Made by a program: the position numbers and the translations under genes
Virus record (IMG/VR): IMGVR_UViG_3300031884_000009
Origin: an uncultured virus (IMG/VR IMGVR_UViG_3300031884_000009)
Lineage: Duplodnaviria > Heunggongvirae > Uroviricota > Caudoviricetes
Length of the DNA stretch: 64,000 bases
Reading direction: 5' to 3' (one strand)
In this document: positions 54,566 through 64,000 of the stretch, in pieces
How positions within the stretch are numbered: position 1 is the first letter of the stretch
Layout of the letters: each line of letters starts with the position of its first letter
Notes under the pieces: model-generated
What the model was told of the DNA's origin: nothing
Database searches by the model: none
The model's input: the letters and a program-made list of their open reading frames with translations, nothing else

Positions 54566-56641
54566 ATGCCAATTCAAAGAATTCCATTATCTCAGCCTGT
54601 AGAAACAAGGGATGGTAGATTAAACACAGACTCTAAGTGCGTCAATGGTTACTTTGAAACACGCAATCAAATGCGTGAGTTTATTAAACGTCCTGGATTA
54701 ATAACACCTACAATAACTCCTGCTTTACCTGCTGGAGATGGTCAAGGTATTTATCTATTTAAAGGTTTGTTGTATCTTGTTATTAATAATGTCTTATATA
54801 AAGTAGACCCTACAACATATACTTCTACAGTAGTCGGTACTTTAACAGGTCCTATTGTGACTTGTTACTTTGTTCAGACATTAGACAGTAATTACTTATT
54901 CCTACATAATCAAACTAATGGTTATTTAGTAAATGGCTCTACTGGAGCATTTAGTCAGATTAAAGATGATACTATTGTAACAACTACTATCCTTACTGGC
55001 GGTACAGGCTACATAACCCCATACGTTACCTTCTCAGCTCCTTCTGGAGGCGGTACAACAGCCACAGGTACTGTACAGACTACAGGTGGTGTAGTTACAG
55101 GAATTACAATTACTAATGGTGGCTCAGGTTACACATCTTCAGATACCTTAGTTGTTACTATTGGTGATTCAGGGGCTACGACCTACACTTGGACAGCTAG
55201 CACATTTAAAGGCACAGGAGCTACTTATACTACTAGTAGTAATTCTTATGTAGTTTTATCAGCAGGTACTACAGGAATAATCCAACCTACTATAAATAAC
55301 TCTGATGTAGCCCCTGCTTGGGCATCAGGCTGGAATATTCTCAGAGGACAAGAATTTGTAACTTCTTCTGGTTATCTGTATGTATGTACAGCAGCAGGCA
55401 CTACAGGAGCTTCTGAACCTACTTTTACTTCAGGGTCGGGACCAGATGGCACAGCTACTGTTCAGTTTGTCAGTTTAACAGGCACTGGAGGAGTTGGTTT
55501 AGATGGTACTGCTGTTATTCAATGGACAGGTACTTTTACGGCTACAGGAGGCTCTGGAGCCACTGCTACAGCGTTATTACAAGGCTTCCCTGCAGGTCCT
55601 TTAGTCCCTGGAGTAGTATTCTTAGATTCTTACATTGTTGTAGGCACTGTAACAGGTAGATTGTACAACTGTGATGTAGGAGACCCTACTCATTGGAATG
55701 CTTTAGACTATGTTACAGCAGAATCTGAACCAGATAACTTAGTAGGTATTTCTAAGCATTTAAACTATATCCTAGCTCATGGACAATGGTCTACTGACTT
55801 CTTCTATGATTATGGTACATTCCCAGGTTCTCCCTTAGCTGCTGCTCCTTCTTACAAATTTGAAGTAGGTTGTGCTAATGGTGATTCTATTGTTAGTTTT
55901 GAGAATACTGTGTTATTTGTTGGTATTTCTAAGACTACAGGTACTGGTGTATATGGTGTAGATGGGGTATCTCCAGTTAAGCTTTCTACTGTCTATATTG
56001 ACCGTGTTCTCAATAATAGTAACTTAAAAGACGTAAAAGCCTATACTTTAAGATACAACGGTCATCCATTTTATGTCTTGACTTTACACGATTTAAATGT
56101 TACAATAGTATACGACGTATCTGAAAAGATGTGGTATCAATGGACTATGTGGGCTAAGGGTGATGAAAACTCAGGTGCTCCTGGTATCTATGGTGAACAG
56201 TATTTCAGACCTAGTTATTTCTCAGGAGATGGTTTATCTTACTATCTTTTAGATGATGACACAGGTGCTATTTACGTTATGTCAGATACGTACTATAATG
56301 ATGCAGGTGCTCCAATCTATTATCGAGCTGTTACAGACATTGTTGATAATGGAACTACTAAGCGTAAGTTTTACAATAGGGTGGAAATTGTAGGAGATAA
56401 ACAACCTGCTATAATGAATATTCGCCACACTGATGATGATTATAAATCATGGTCTCCTTACCGTACTGTAAACCTTAATGCGTCTCGTCCTCAGATTTAT
56501 CAAACAGGACAAGGAAGACGCAGAGCTTGGGAATTCCTCTGTACAGATAATCAGCCATTACGTTTAGATGCTGCTGAAGTTGATTTTGAAATTGGGGAAT
56601 TAGAAGGTGGAGGCGTTTCACCGACAGTATACAGGAGCTAG
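54566..56641 (+). CDS. Tail nozzle / hub protein (allele B)
   Basis: Diverged allele of 6813..8900. Confidence 0.7.
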   Translation: MPIQRIPLSQPVETRDGRLNTDSKCVNGYFETRNQMREFIKRPGLITPTITPALPAGDGQGIYLFKGLLYLVINNVLYKVDPTTYTSTVVGTLTGPIVTCYFVQTLDSNYLFLHNQTNGYLVNGSTGAFSQIKDDTIVTTTILTGGTGYITPYVTFSAPSGGGTTATGTVQTTGGVVTGITITNGGSGYTSSDTLVVTIGDSGATTYTWTASTFKGTGATYTTSSNSYVVLSAGTTGIIQPTINNSDVAPAWASGWNILRGQEFVTSSGYLYVCTAAGTTGASEPTFTSGSGPDGTATVQFVSLTGTGGVGLDGTAVIQWTGTFTATGGSGATATALLQGFPAGPLVPGVVFLDSYIVVGTVTGRLYNCDVGDPTHWNALDYVTAESEPDNLVGISKHLNYILAHGQWSTDFFYDYGTFPGSPLAAAPSYKFEVGCANGDSIVSFENTVLFVGISKTTGTGVYGVDGVSPVKLSTVYIDRVLNNSNLKDVKAYTLRYNGHPFYVLTLHDLNVTIVYDVSEKMWYQWTMWAKGDENSGAPGIYGEQYFRPSYFSGDGLSYYLLDDDTGAIYVMSDTYYNDAGAPIYYRAVTDIVDNGTTKRKFYNRVEIVGDKQPAIMNIRHTDDDYKSWSPYRTVNLNASRPQIYQTGQGRRRAWEFLCTDNQPLRLDAAEVDFEIGELEGGGVSPTVYRS
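56078..56106 (+). promoter_or_regulatory. Intragenic sigma70-type promoter (allele B)
   Basis: TTGACT-17 nt-TACAAT with extended -10 TG. Confidence 0.6.
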
Positions 56642-56644
56642 AAA

Positions 56645-57091
56645 ATGGTTACATATCAAGTAGAAGCTTATTCAAATTGCATTGAAGAGATGAAGGAGCA
56701 CTATGATGACCATTATGCTGAACTCTCTGTCACAAAGACAGTACCATTAGAACCAGATTACGAGTCTTATTTTAAACTAGAAGAACTAGGATTATCTAAA
56801 GTAATTACTTGTCGTAAAGATGGTGTCCTAATAGGTTATATTATATTTGTTATTACTCCACATTTGCATTATAAATCTTGCATCACTGCTGTGGAAGATA
56901 TTTACTACGTTACTAAACAGGAACGTAAAGGTAGGGTTGGAATACGACTGTTTCAGTTTGCTGAACAGTATTTAAAATCAATCGGTGTACATCGTGTTAT
57001 GTATAGCACAAAAGTACATTTAGATAATTCTAAGTTATTTGAATATTTAGGTTATACGTTTATCGAAAAACTGTATAGCAAAATGATATAA
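56645..57091 (+). CDS. GNAT acetyltransferase-like protein (allele B)
   Basis: ERKGRVG motif; allele of 8903..9355. Confidence 0.8.
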   Translation: MVTYQVEAYSNCIEEMKEHYDDHYAELSVTKTVPLEPDYESYFKLEELGLSKVITCRKDGVLIGYIIFVITPHLHYKSCITAVEDIYYVTKQERKGRVGIRLFQFAEQYLKSIGVHRVMYSTKVHLDNSKLFEYLGYTFIEKLYSKMI

Positions 57092-57101
57092 GGACATCAC
57101 C

Positions 57102-57761
57102 ATGGGTGCATCATTAGGAGTAGCAGCAAGCGTAGTAGGGATAGGTTCAGGATTAAATAGTATGTTTGGTGGAGGCGGTGGAGGAGGTTCTTCAGGCGGC
57201 TCTGTTCCTGCTACTTCTGGTACTTACGACCCATATGGTGCTTACCGTGGACAAGCAGCTACTCAGCTTAATCAGTTAGTAAATAATCCTGCATTAGCTA
57301 TGGCTCAGCCTGGTTATCAACAACAGCTTCAACAAGGACTACAACAGTCTCAACGAGGTGCTGCTGCTAGTGGTATGCTTCAGTCTGGTGCAGAAGCTAA
57401 CGCTCTTCAGCAACAAGGGCAAAATACTTTTGGTCAGTACTATAATGCACAACTTGCTAACTTGATGCAGTTATCAGGTGCTGCACAAAACCCAGCAGCA
57501 GCAGGATTAGCTCAGCAACAAGCTGCTAATGCTGCTTATGGTAGACAAGCTTCTAGTCTTGGTCAGCTTACTTCTGGACTAGGTGGTTTGTCTTCAGGAT
57601 TAAGCGGTATGTTTGGAAGTTCAGGAAGCTCTGGTAGTTCTTGGTTTGGTAGTGATTTAGGTGGCTATACTTCTTCTCAAGTATCTCAAGGAGCTAATCA
57701 AGCAGTTCCTGCTGATATACAAGCTCAGTACATAGCTGATACATCACAACCAGTATATTAA
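57102..57761 (+). CDS. Ejection protein 1B
   Basis: TYDPY..YR.QAA.QL..LVNNP core shared with 9365..10048. Confidence 0.65.
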   Translation: MGASLGVAASVVGIGSGLNSMFGGGGGGGSSGGSVPATSGTYDPYGAYRGQAATQLNQLVNNPALAMAQPGYQQQLQQGLQQSQRGAAASGMLQSGAEANALQQQGQNTFGQYYNAQLANLMQLSGAAQNPAAAGLAQQQAANAAYGRQASSLGQLTSGLGGLSSGLSGMFGSSGSSGSSWFGSDLGGYTSSQVSQGANQAVPADIQAQYIADTSQPVY

Positions 57762-57773
57762 TAAGGAATAATT

Positions 57774-59669
57774 ATGCCTACATCATATGGACCTACTGCC
57801 GTTGAATCTTTTGCTTCTGGTTACGAAGCAATGAAAGGTGTTCAAGAAGATGTTGCTTCGCAGGATATCCTTAAACAAGCTTACGCAGGTCAAACACCTG
57901 AAGAAATTAAAGACCCTATTAAACAAGCAGCTACTCTTAATCAAGCTGCTGGGATGCTTCAAAGTAAAGGACTAAACTCTGCTGCTTACAAACTACAAAA
58001 ACAAGCTGGTAGTCTTTCTGAGGCTACTCAGACACAAGCATTAAATGACCTTAAAGTAAAAGAAGGAAAGCTTGCTTATGCTGGACAATTAGTTCAAGGG
58101 GCTACTACACAATCTGATTTAATTTCTGCTATTGGGGCTGCTGGTATTGATGAAGCTACTCAGCTACAATTAGCAAATGCTGTTAAACAGTTTGGTGACA
58201 CTCCAGAAGGAGTTCAAAAAGCTAAAGCTTTGTTGACTAATGTTTCAAGAACAGCCAGTCAAAATATTCAAGCACAGCAAGTAGCAATCTCTGCTGATAA
58301 TCGTCAAGATTTAATGGATACAAGAGATTTAAGAGTAGAATTAAATCGTATTGAGGCTAAAGCTAAAAATGGTATTCCTTTAACAGAACAAGAAAAAATT
58401 ACTAGAGATACTGGTGTTATTCCTAAGTATCAAAAAGGTGGAAAAGCTGCTGCTACAGTATCTGGGGAAGAAGGAGATTTCTTATCTTCTCGTGCTGGTG
58501 TTGAATCTGGGGGTTTTAAAGGAGATGCTGCTTATAATGCTGAAAGTAAAACATCTTCTGCTGTCGGTAAGTATGGCCTTACTAAAGGTACTTACGATAA
58601 AATCCGTGAAGAAGACCCTTCATTACCTGAGTTTTCTAAACTTAAAGGAAATAAAGACGCACAAGATAAAGCTGCTAAGATTCACGAACAACAAATTAGT
58701 AAAGAAATTTCTGCTGCTGGTTTATCTCCTACTAATGCTAATAAAGACTTATGGTGGAGATTCGGAGACACAGATGCTAAGAAGTTAGTTAAAGCTGATT
58801 CTGATACTCCTGTTAAAGATGTATTAAGTGATAAAGTAATTGCTGCTAATCCTGATTTACAAGGTAAAGTTACTGTTGGGCAAGCGATTACCAAGAACTT
58901 GTCTGGTGGTGGTAAAGTTGGTGATGTTTCTTATGAAACTGCTAAAGCAAATAAAAAGGCTGACGTAGAGCAAATGTATGAAGATGTGTCTATGCCTATT
59001 CAAAAGCAGATTGGTGATATTGCTCAGGTAGGTAAAGAGTTTGCTATTCCTCCTAATAAATTAGTAGGACAAGGTGCTAAAGCTAAAGTTGCTATTGCAG
59101 GAGACTTTGATGTATTGAAGCAAACTGAAAAAGTTTCTGATTTAATTGCTAAGAATCCAAGTGCCGTAGGTACTATTGCTTCTCTTGTGGGAAGTGCTGG
59201 CGGCTTAACTAAAAACTTATTGGATAACGTTTCTACAAATAAAGATAATAAGTATACAGAAGATGTTGCTATTCTTGCTAAAGAACTAGCTACTTTAGGC
59301 TTACAAGATGCTGCTGCTTCAGGCGGTGGGCGTATAAACCAATACTTAGAAAAAATGTTTGTAGGTATCTATGATAAATCTCTAAGCCCTCAGTCTCTTG
59401 TTGGTGTTCTTAAAGACCGTCAAGATGATGCTGTACGTAACTTAAATCGTAGAATTGGAGCTGATAGAGAAAATTTAGATAAGACAGAATATCCATTGAT
59501 GTTCTCTAAATCTTCTAAAGATTTCATGGAAACACAAACTGCTAAGACTAAAGAACAAGATAAAAAGTATGGCGTAGATAGTACTAAAGAACGTCCTCCT
59601 CTTAGTTCTTTTGGTAGTGGCGGTAAAGAACGAAAGTTCCAATTCGGTCAAGGCGACTTGTCATTCTAA
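57774..59669 (+). CDS. Ejection protein 2B with internal lysozyme/transglycosylase-like domain
   Basis: VESGG...YNA...SSAVGKYG motif and IAANP.L.G..TVG motif. Confidence 0.6.
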   Translation: MPTSYGPTAVESFASGYEAMKGVQEDVASQDILKQAYAGQTPEEIKDPIKQAATLNQAAGMLQSKGLNSAAYKLQKQAGSLSEATQTQALNDLKVKEGKLAYAGQLVQGATTQSDLISAIGAAGIDEATQLQLANAVKQFGDTPEGVQKAKALLTNVSRTASQNIQAQQVAISADNRQDLMDTRDLRVELNRIEAKAKNGIPLTEQEKITRDTGVIPKYQKGGKAAATVSGEEGDFLSSRAGVESGGFKGDAAYNAESKTSSAVGKYGLTKGTYDKIREEDPSLPEFSKLKGNKDAQDKAAKIHEQQISKEISAAGLSPTNANKDLWWRFGDTDAKKLVKADSDTPVKDVLSDKVIAANPDLQGKVTVGQAITKNLSGGGKVGDVSYETAKANKKADVEQMYEDVSMPIQKQIGDIAQVGKEFAIPPNKLVGQGAKAKVAIAGDFDVLKQTEKVSDLIAKNPSAVGTIASLVGSAGGLTKNLLDNVSTNKDNKYTEDVAILAKELATLGLQDAAASGGGRINQYLEKMFVGIYDKSLSPQSLVGVLKDRQDDAVRNLNRRIGADRENLDKTEYPLMFSKSSKDFMETQTAKTKEQDKKYGVDSTKERPPLSSFGSGGKERKFQFGQGDLSF

Positions 59670-59678
59670 GGAAACACA

Positions 59679-61097
59679 ATGCCAGTAGATTTTGATGTCG
59701 TAGGTGCTAGAAAAGCTGGATATTCAGATGATGAGATAGCTGCTCACTTGTCTCAGCAATCAGGGTTTGATAAAGACTCTGCTGAAAAGTCAGGATACAC
59801 GCCCACTGAAATTATCAATCATTTATCTCCTTCTGCTAAAGATAGACAAAGCATGGTTGACGCAGGTACTAAAGCTCAAGAATTATTTGGAAGAGACCCT
59901 TCTAAAGCAGGTAAATTAACTGCTGGAGACTATGCTACTAGGGCTGCTGCAGGAGCTGTCACAGGAGGTGCTTTTGGAGGTGCTTTAGGATTTGTAACAG
60001 GTCCAGGTGCTATTGTTACAGGTACTGTAGGAGCTATTGGCGGTGCTGTTTCAGGTCTTTTAGAAGCAGGAGCTGAAGATTTAGGTTTTGGTGCAGGTAC
60101 GCAATTTGCAGCAGGTATGGTTACTCCTGGTGTAGGTTTGTCTACCAAAGTAGGGCAAATGATTGAAAAAAGAGCAGCAGAGTATGCTACTAAATATGCA
60201 ACTAAAGCTATTGTTAAATCAATGGATATTCCTTTTGCTGGTACAGTTGTTAAAAAAGCTGGTGAGTTTATTGAAAAGAGAAAACCTGCTGATTACAAAG
60301 CTGTAGGACAAACTTTAGAAGAAGAAGCAAAAACACTAGGCATAGGCTCTACTAAAAATATCGATGAAGCAAATGCTGTTTTAAAAGAAGCACACCCTGA
60401 TATTCCAGTCGCTGAAGGTAAGTCTATTTCTCATTCTTTATATGAAGATGCTAAACAATCTTATGATAATGTGGCTTTTCCTAAAGGTAAACAAGCAAGC
60501 ACTTTTTTAGATTCTCCTGAATTTAAATCTCTACATGGTGATATTCCGTCTAAAAAAGATGCTTATTCTCAATTTTTTGAAAATGCTAAAGGTAATCCTT
60601 TAACAGGCGATAAAGTAGTTGAAAATCTTAAATTTAGTAAAGATGCTACAACCACCGAAACTCAAAAAGCCCGTGATGCTTTTAATGACTATCTTGAAAG
60701 AACAACAAATAAACGTTCTGAAGAAATTGCTCGAAAAGCATACGAAACAGAACGTGTTGCTTTAGCTAAAGATACATTACCTACTTTATTTGCTAATAAT
60801 AGTGGAGCTGCTATTAAAGACCAATTACAAAACTTAGGTAAGAATCCTGAAGGAGTTAAAGTATTTAATCAAGAATTCTTAAGTTACTTAAAAGGCACTA
60901 CGGCTGTAGAAGCTAAAAAGATGTGGGGAACTATTGGTCCTGAAGTTAAAAAACAGATGAAACTCTCTGATAAAGTGTATAATAACATTACTGACATTAT
61001 GCAAGGTGCTCAGACACCTCAAGATATTAGTCGTGCTATGAGATTATTTATTGGTGCTACAACTGCTGGTGCTATCGCTAAAGAGAAAAACCTATGA
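59679..61097 (+). CDS. Ejection protein 3B
   Basis: Duplicated A.K.GY(S/T)..EI..HL N-terminal motif; glycine-zipper segment. Confidence 0.55.
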   Translation: MPVDFDVVGARKAGYSDDEIAAHLSQQSGFDKDSAEKSGYTPTEIINHLSPSAKDRQSMVDAGTKAQELFGRDPSKAGKLTAGDYATRAAAGAVTGGAFGGALGFVTGPGAIVTGTVGAIGGAVSGLLEAGAEDLGFGAGTQFAAGMVTPGVGLSTKVGQMIEKRAAEYATKYATKAIVKSMDIPFAGTVVKKAGEFIEKRKPADYKAVGQTLEEEAKTLGIGSTKNIDEANAVLKEAHPDIPVAEGKSISHSLYEDAKQSYDNVAFPKGKQASTFLDSPEFKSLHGDIPSKKDAYSQFFENAKGNPLTGDKVVENLKFSKDATTTETQKARDAFNDYLERTTNKRSEEIARKAYETERVALAKDTLPTLFANNSGAAIKDQLQNLGKNPEGVKVFNQEFLSYLKGTTAVEAKKMWGTIGPEVKKQMKLSDKVYNNITDIMQGAQTPQDISRAMRLFIGATTAGAIAKEKNL

Positions 61098-61642
61098 ATG
61101 TATTAATTAAACAATGTACTTCTTGTAAAACTCAAAAAGAAATAACTGAGTTTTATAAGGATTCTCATTTAAAAAGTGGATACGCAAGTTCATGTAAAAA
61201 ATGTATTTCTGTTCGTCAAAAAACATTTAAAGAAAATAATAAAGATTATTTTAAACAATATAACAAACAATATTGGATTAAAAATAAAAAACAAATGTCT
61301 TTACAGTCTAAAAAATACTACGAAGAAAATAAAGAAAATTTAGCAGAACAAAACAAACAAAGAAGTAAAAAACACTTTCAAGAAAATAAACATCTATACA
61401 ACGCTAAAAGAGCTAAGTATAGAGCTACTAAATTAAAAGCTACTCCTAAATGGGCTGATTTAAAAGCTATTAAAATTGAATATTCCTTAGCTTCTTGGTG
61501 TTCTGCAGTAACAGGAGTGCCTTATGAAGTAGACCATATAATTCCGCTACAGGGTGAAAATGTTTGCGGTCTACATGTTCATTATAATTTACAAGTAATA
61601 CAACGTGCTCCTAATCGTAGTAAAGGTAATAAACATGCTTAA
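61094..61642 (+). mobile_element. HNH homing endonuclease
   Basis: ATPKWAD...EVDHIIPLQGENVCGLHVHYNLQVI...NRSKGNK; absent from allele A. Confidence 0.9.
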
Positions 61643-62975
61643 AGTACTTATAATAGACCCATCAGGCTGTGGCTGTGGTCTTTCCTTTGGCTTACGAAGC
61701 AAAGAAGCTGGACATGATGTTAAGCTGTTTCTTAGGCACAACAAAGATGGCTCACGCTCTGAAGTAGGAGATGGCGGTTTAATCAAACGAGTCTCTGAAT
61801 GGGAAAGCCACATGAAGTGGGCTGACTTAATCTTTGTTACAGATAACATCTATTACATTCATGGATTAGAGCGTTATCGTGAACAAGGTTACCCTATCTT
61901 TGGTGCAAACTTAGCTGGTACTCGTTGGGAACAAGAACGTGACTACGGTGAACAGATTCTAAACAAAGCTGGTATTCCTACTATCCCTAGTAAGACTTTT
62001 GATAATTATGACGAAGCTATTGCTTACGTTAAAGAGAATCCACGTAGATTCGTATCTAAGCCTATTGGTGATGGTGATAAGACTTTATCCTATGTAGCTA
62101 AGTCTGCTGCTGACATGCTTTACATGTTGACACGATGGAAGAAAAAGAATTCCTTTAAAGGTAAGTTTATTCTTCAAGAGTTCCGTCCTGGTATTGAGTT
62201 TGGTGTCGGTGGTTGGTTTGGTGCTTGTGGCTTTGCTAAGTATTTCTGTGAGTCTTGGGAACACAAGAAGCTCATGGATGGTGAACTAGGTGTTACTACT
62301 GGTGAGCAAGGTACTATTGTTCGATACACTAAAGAATCTAAATTAGCTGAACAGATGCTCAAGCCATTAGAAGATATGCTTCATGGTATTGGCTACACTG
62401 GCTACATCGATGTTAACTGCATTATTGACAAACAAGGTAAAGCATGGCCTTTAGAGTTCACTACTCGCCCAGGCTGGCCTTTGTTTAACATTCAGATGTC
62501 TTTACACAAAGGTGACCCTGCTCAGTGGATGCTTGACATGATTGATGGTAAAGACACATTCAAAGTATACGACAAGATTGCTTGCGGTGTTGTGGTTACT
62601 ATTCCTGATTATCCTTACAGTCGCTTAACTAAGAAGGAAAACTCTGGTTATCCTATCTGGGGCTTGACAATGGAAGATGCAGTCAATGACGTACATCTTT
62701 GTGAAGTTCAGTGGGGCAAAGGTCCTGCAATGGTTGACGGTGAACTCAAAGAGAATGTTCCCATGTTTGTTACTGCTGGTGATTACTGCTGCACTGTTGT
62801 TGGTTTAGGAGATAGTATTGAAAAAGCTCGTGAGTCTGTTTACGGCAAGATTAAGAAAAAGATTGAGATTCCAAACAGTATTGCTTACAGACTTGACATT
62901 GGCTGTAAAGTACAAGATAGTTTAGATGATTTACAAGGCTGTGGTTACGCTTTCGAGGTAGAAGATGGCCGTTAA
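61635..62975 (+). CDS. PurD-like ATP-grasp ligase, allele B
   Basis: Highly similar to 14066..15403; start placed at MLKVLIIDP by alignment and RBS. Confidence 0.8.
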   Translation: MLKVLIIDPSGCGCGLSFGLRSKEAGHDVKLFLRHNKDGSRSEVGDGGLIKRVSEWESHMKWADLIFVTDNIYYIHGLERYREQGYPIFGANLAGTRWEQERDYGEQILNKAGIPTIPSKTFDNYDEAIAYVKENPRRFVSKPIGDGDKTLSYVAKSAADMLYMLTRWKKKNSFKGKFILQEFRPGIEFGVGGWFGACGFAKYFCESWEHKKLMDGELGVTTGEQGTIVRYTKESKLAEQMLKPLEDMLHGIGYTGYIDVNCIIDKQGKAWPLEFTTRPGWPLFNIQMSLHKGDPAQWMLDMIDGKDTFKVYDKIACGVVVTIPDYPYSRLTKKENSGYPIWGLTMEDAVNDVHLCEVQWGKGPAMVDGELKENVPMFVTAGDYCCTVVGLGDSIEKARESVYGKIKKKIEIPNSIAYRLDIGCKVQDSLDDLQGCGYAFEVEDGR

Positions 62976-63369
62976 TAACTTACCTCCGATACCACAAGAT
63001 AAGATTAGTGAAGTACAGAGCTGGCGTGACTGGTTCCGTAACTTAGGTAACTACATTCAGCAAGCACAAGGCGGTAACATTGTAGCTCCTGTTTCTTCAG
63101 GTGGTACAGGTGCTACCAGTGCTGCAGGAGCAAGGCAGAATCTAGGTCTTGGTACTTTAGCTACTCAGAATGAAGATGCTATTAATGTTACTGGCGGTTC
63201 TCTTTCAGGTGTTGCTGTATCAGGAAGTATCACAGGTAATGTAGCATTAACGAATACTACTTCAATAACAGCTACAGCAGGTACACATACTTTACCAGCT
63301 AACCCTGTAGGTTTTGTTACTATCAATATCAATGGTACTAACTTTAAACTTCCTTACTATAACCTATGA
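62965..63369 (+). CDS. Small tail protein (allele B)
   Basis: Allele of 15393..15800. Confidence 0.6.
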   Translation: MAVNNLPPIPQDKISEVQSWRDWFRNLGNYIQQAQGGNIVAPVSSGGTGATSAAGARQNLGLGTLATQNEDAINVTGGSLSGVAVSGSITGNVALTNTTSITATAGTHTLPANPVGFVTININGTNFKLPYYNL

Positions 63370-63815
63370 AGACTTCTGACGCAGGTATTGAGCAGATTAA
63401 GCACTTTGAAGGATTCCGTAGTATGCCTTACATGGATACTGCAGGTAAATGGACAGTAGGGTACGGTCACCTCATTGTACCTAATGATGGCTGTGTTTCA
63501 GGAAGTCCTATTACTATGGGACAAGCTACTTCACTTCTTAGAAGAGATGTGACTGCTGCAGAGACTGCTGTCAATGCACAAGGACTAAGCCTTAGTCAGA
63601 ATGAATTTGATGCTCTAGTGTCCTTTACTTTTAACTTAGGTACTGGTGCTTTTAATCGTTCGACTCTTCTAAAGTTACTTAAAGCAGGAAACAAAGAAGC
63701 TGCTTCTAAAGAGTTTCTTAAATGGTCTATGGTAGCTGGGAAGTACAGCGATAGTATTTTAACACGCAGACTTGCTGAGCAAGATTGCTTTCTACATGCA
63801 AATTATAAAGGATAA
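63366..63815 (+). CDS. Endolysin, GH24 lysozyme (allele B)
   Basis: E-x8-D-x5-T catalytic triad; allele of 15797..16246. Confidence 0.95.
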   Translation: MKTSDAGIEQIKHFEGFRSMPYMDTAGKWTVGYGHLIVPNDGCVSGSPITMGQATSLLRRDVTAAETAVNAQGLSLSQNEFDALVSFTFNLGTGAFNRSTLLKLLKAGNKEAASKEFLKWSMVAGKYSDSILTRRLAEQDCFLHANYKG

Positions 63816-63818
63816 CTT

Positions 63819-63983
63819 ATGCCTCTTAAAACTGGTAGTTTTAAAAAGACAATCTCTAAAAACATTTCTACTTCTGTAAAAGAAGGAAAACCACAGAAGC
63901 AAGCTATCGCTATTGCTCTGTCTAAAGCAGGTAAGTCTAAGGTTAAGCCTAAAGGCAAAGTATCTACTAAAAAGAGAATGTAA
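63819..63983 (+). CDS. Small basic protein (allele B, 54 aa, not in track)
   Basis: MPLKTG...ISKNI...[12 protein letters not shown]; followed by the start of the holin allele at 63983. Confidence 0.75.
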   Translation: MPLKTGSFKKTISKNISTSVKEGKPQKQAIAIALSKAGKSKVKPKGKVSTKKRM

Positions 63984-64000
63984 TGAAACAGAGAATACAT

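Larger units (their letters stand above)
45688..64000 (+). repeat. Second, diverged allele of the tail-ejection-lysis module (homologous to 1..~16400)
   Basis: Same gene order; identity ranges from near-complete to barely alignable. Confidence 0.95.

Noticed and set aside
61605..61634. Tracked upstream start of the allele B ligase
   Set aside because: Alignment with allele A and the AAGGT RBS place the start at 61635. Tracked starts at 23757, 33672, 37864, 41836 and 53384 were shortened for similar reasons.
5479..61642. Endonucleases as group I intron or intein passengers
   Set aside because: Flanking genes are intact ORFs with their own starts, and there is no flanking non-coding sequence long enough for an intron core.
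1..64000. Prophage or host DNA, tRNA or rRNA genes
   Set aside because: No integrase, att-like boundary, cellular housekeeping genes or cloverleaf/rRNA-like sequence were recognised by eye; a tRNA scan was not run.
63803..64000. Reverse-strand 65-aa ORF at the window end
   Set aside because: It is antisense to the small basic gene 63819..63983, which has a clear allele at 16250..16387.

Overview
The window is entirely bacteriophage DNA: an AT-rich, podovirus-type tailed phage of a Gram-negative host, since it carries an Rz/Rz1 spanin pair. One apparently complete genome unit of about 45.7 kb (1-45687) contains four parts: tail, ejection and lysis genes on + (1-17.0 kb); a T7-like replication block on - (DNA polymerase A, primase-helicase, SSB, two exonucleases, resolvase; 17.1-28.3 kb) with no phage RNA polymerase; small early genes on - (28.4-32.3 kb); and, after a non-coding divergent-promoter region, packaging and head genes on + (33.2-45.7 kb). 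From 45688 the tail-to-lysis module recurs as a second, mosaically diverged allele. This is either a two-strain chimeric assembly or a real duplicated module, and it allows direct internal comparison. Main points of interest: (i) an array of small gene cassettes at 24.2-26.5 kb joined by a repeated KAQEK-stop/start junction and built from shuffled shared blocks; (ii) a PurD-like ATP-grasp ligase with an altered substrate loop, plus a GNAT enzyme, bracketing the ejection-protein genes in both alleles; (iii) eight homing-type endonuclease genes, several of which appear to insert at a start codon and rebuild the downstream ribosome-binding site from their own C-terminal KGNK codons, with one displaced gene apparently left on an ATT start; (iv) two tandem stand-alone sigma70 region-4 mini-proteins; (v) a canonical G-quadruplex motif near the probable genome end. 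All functional calls come from motif recognition by eye; no database searches were run.
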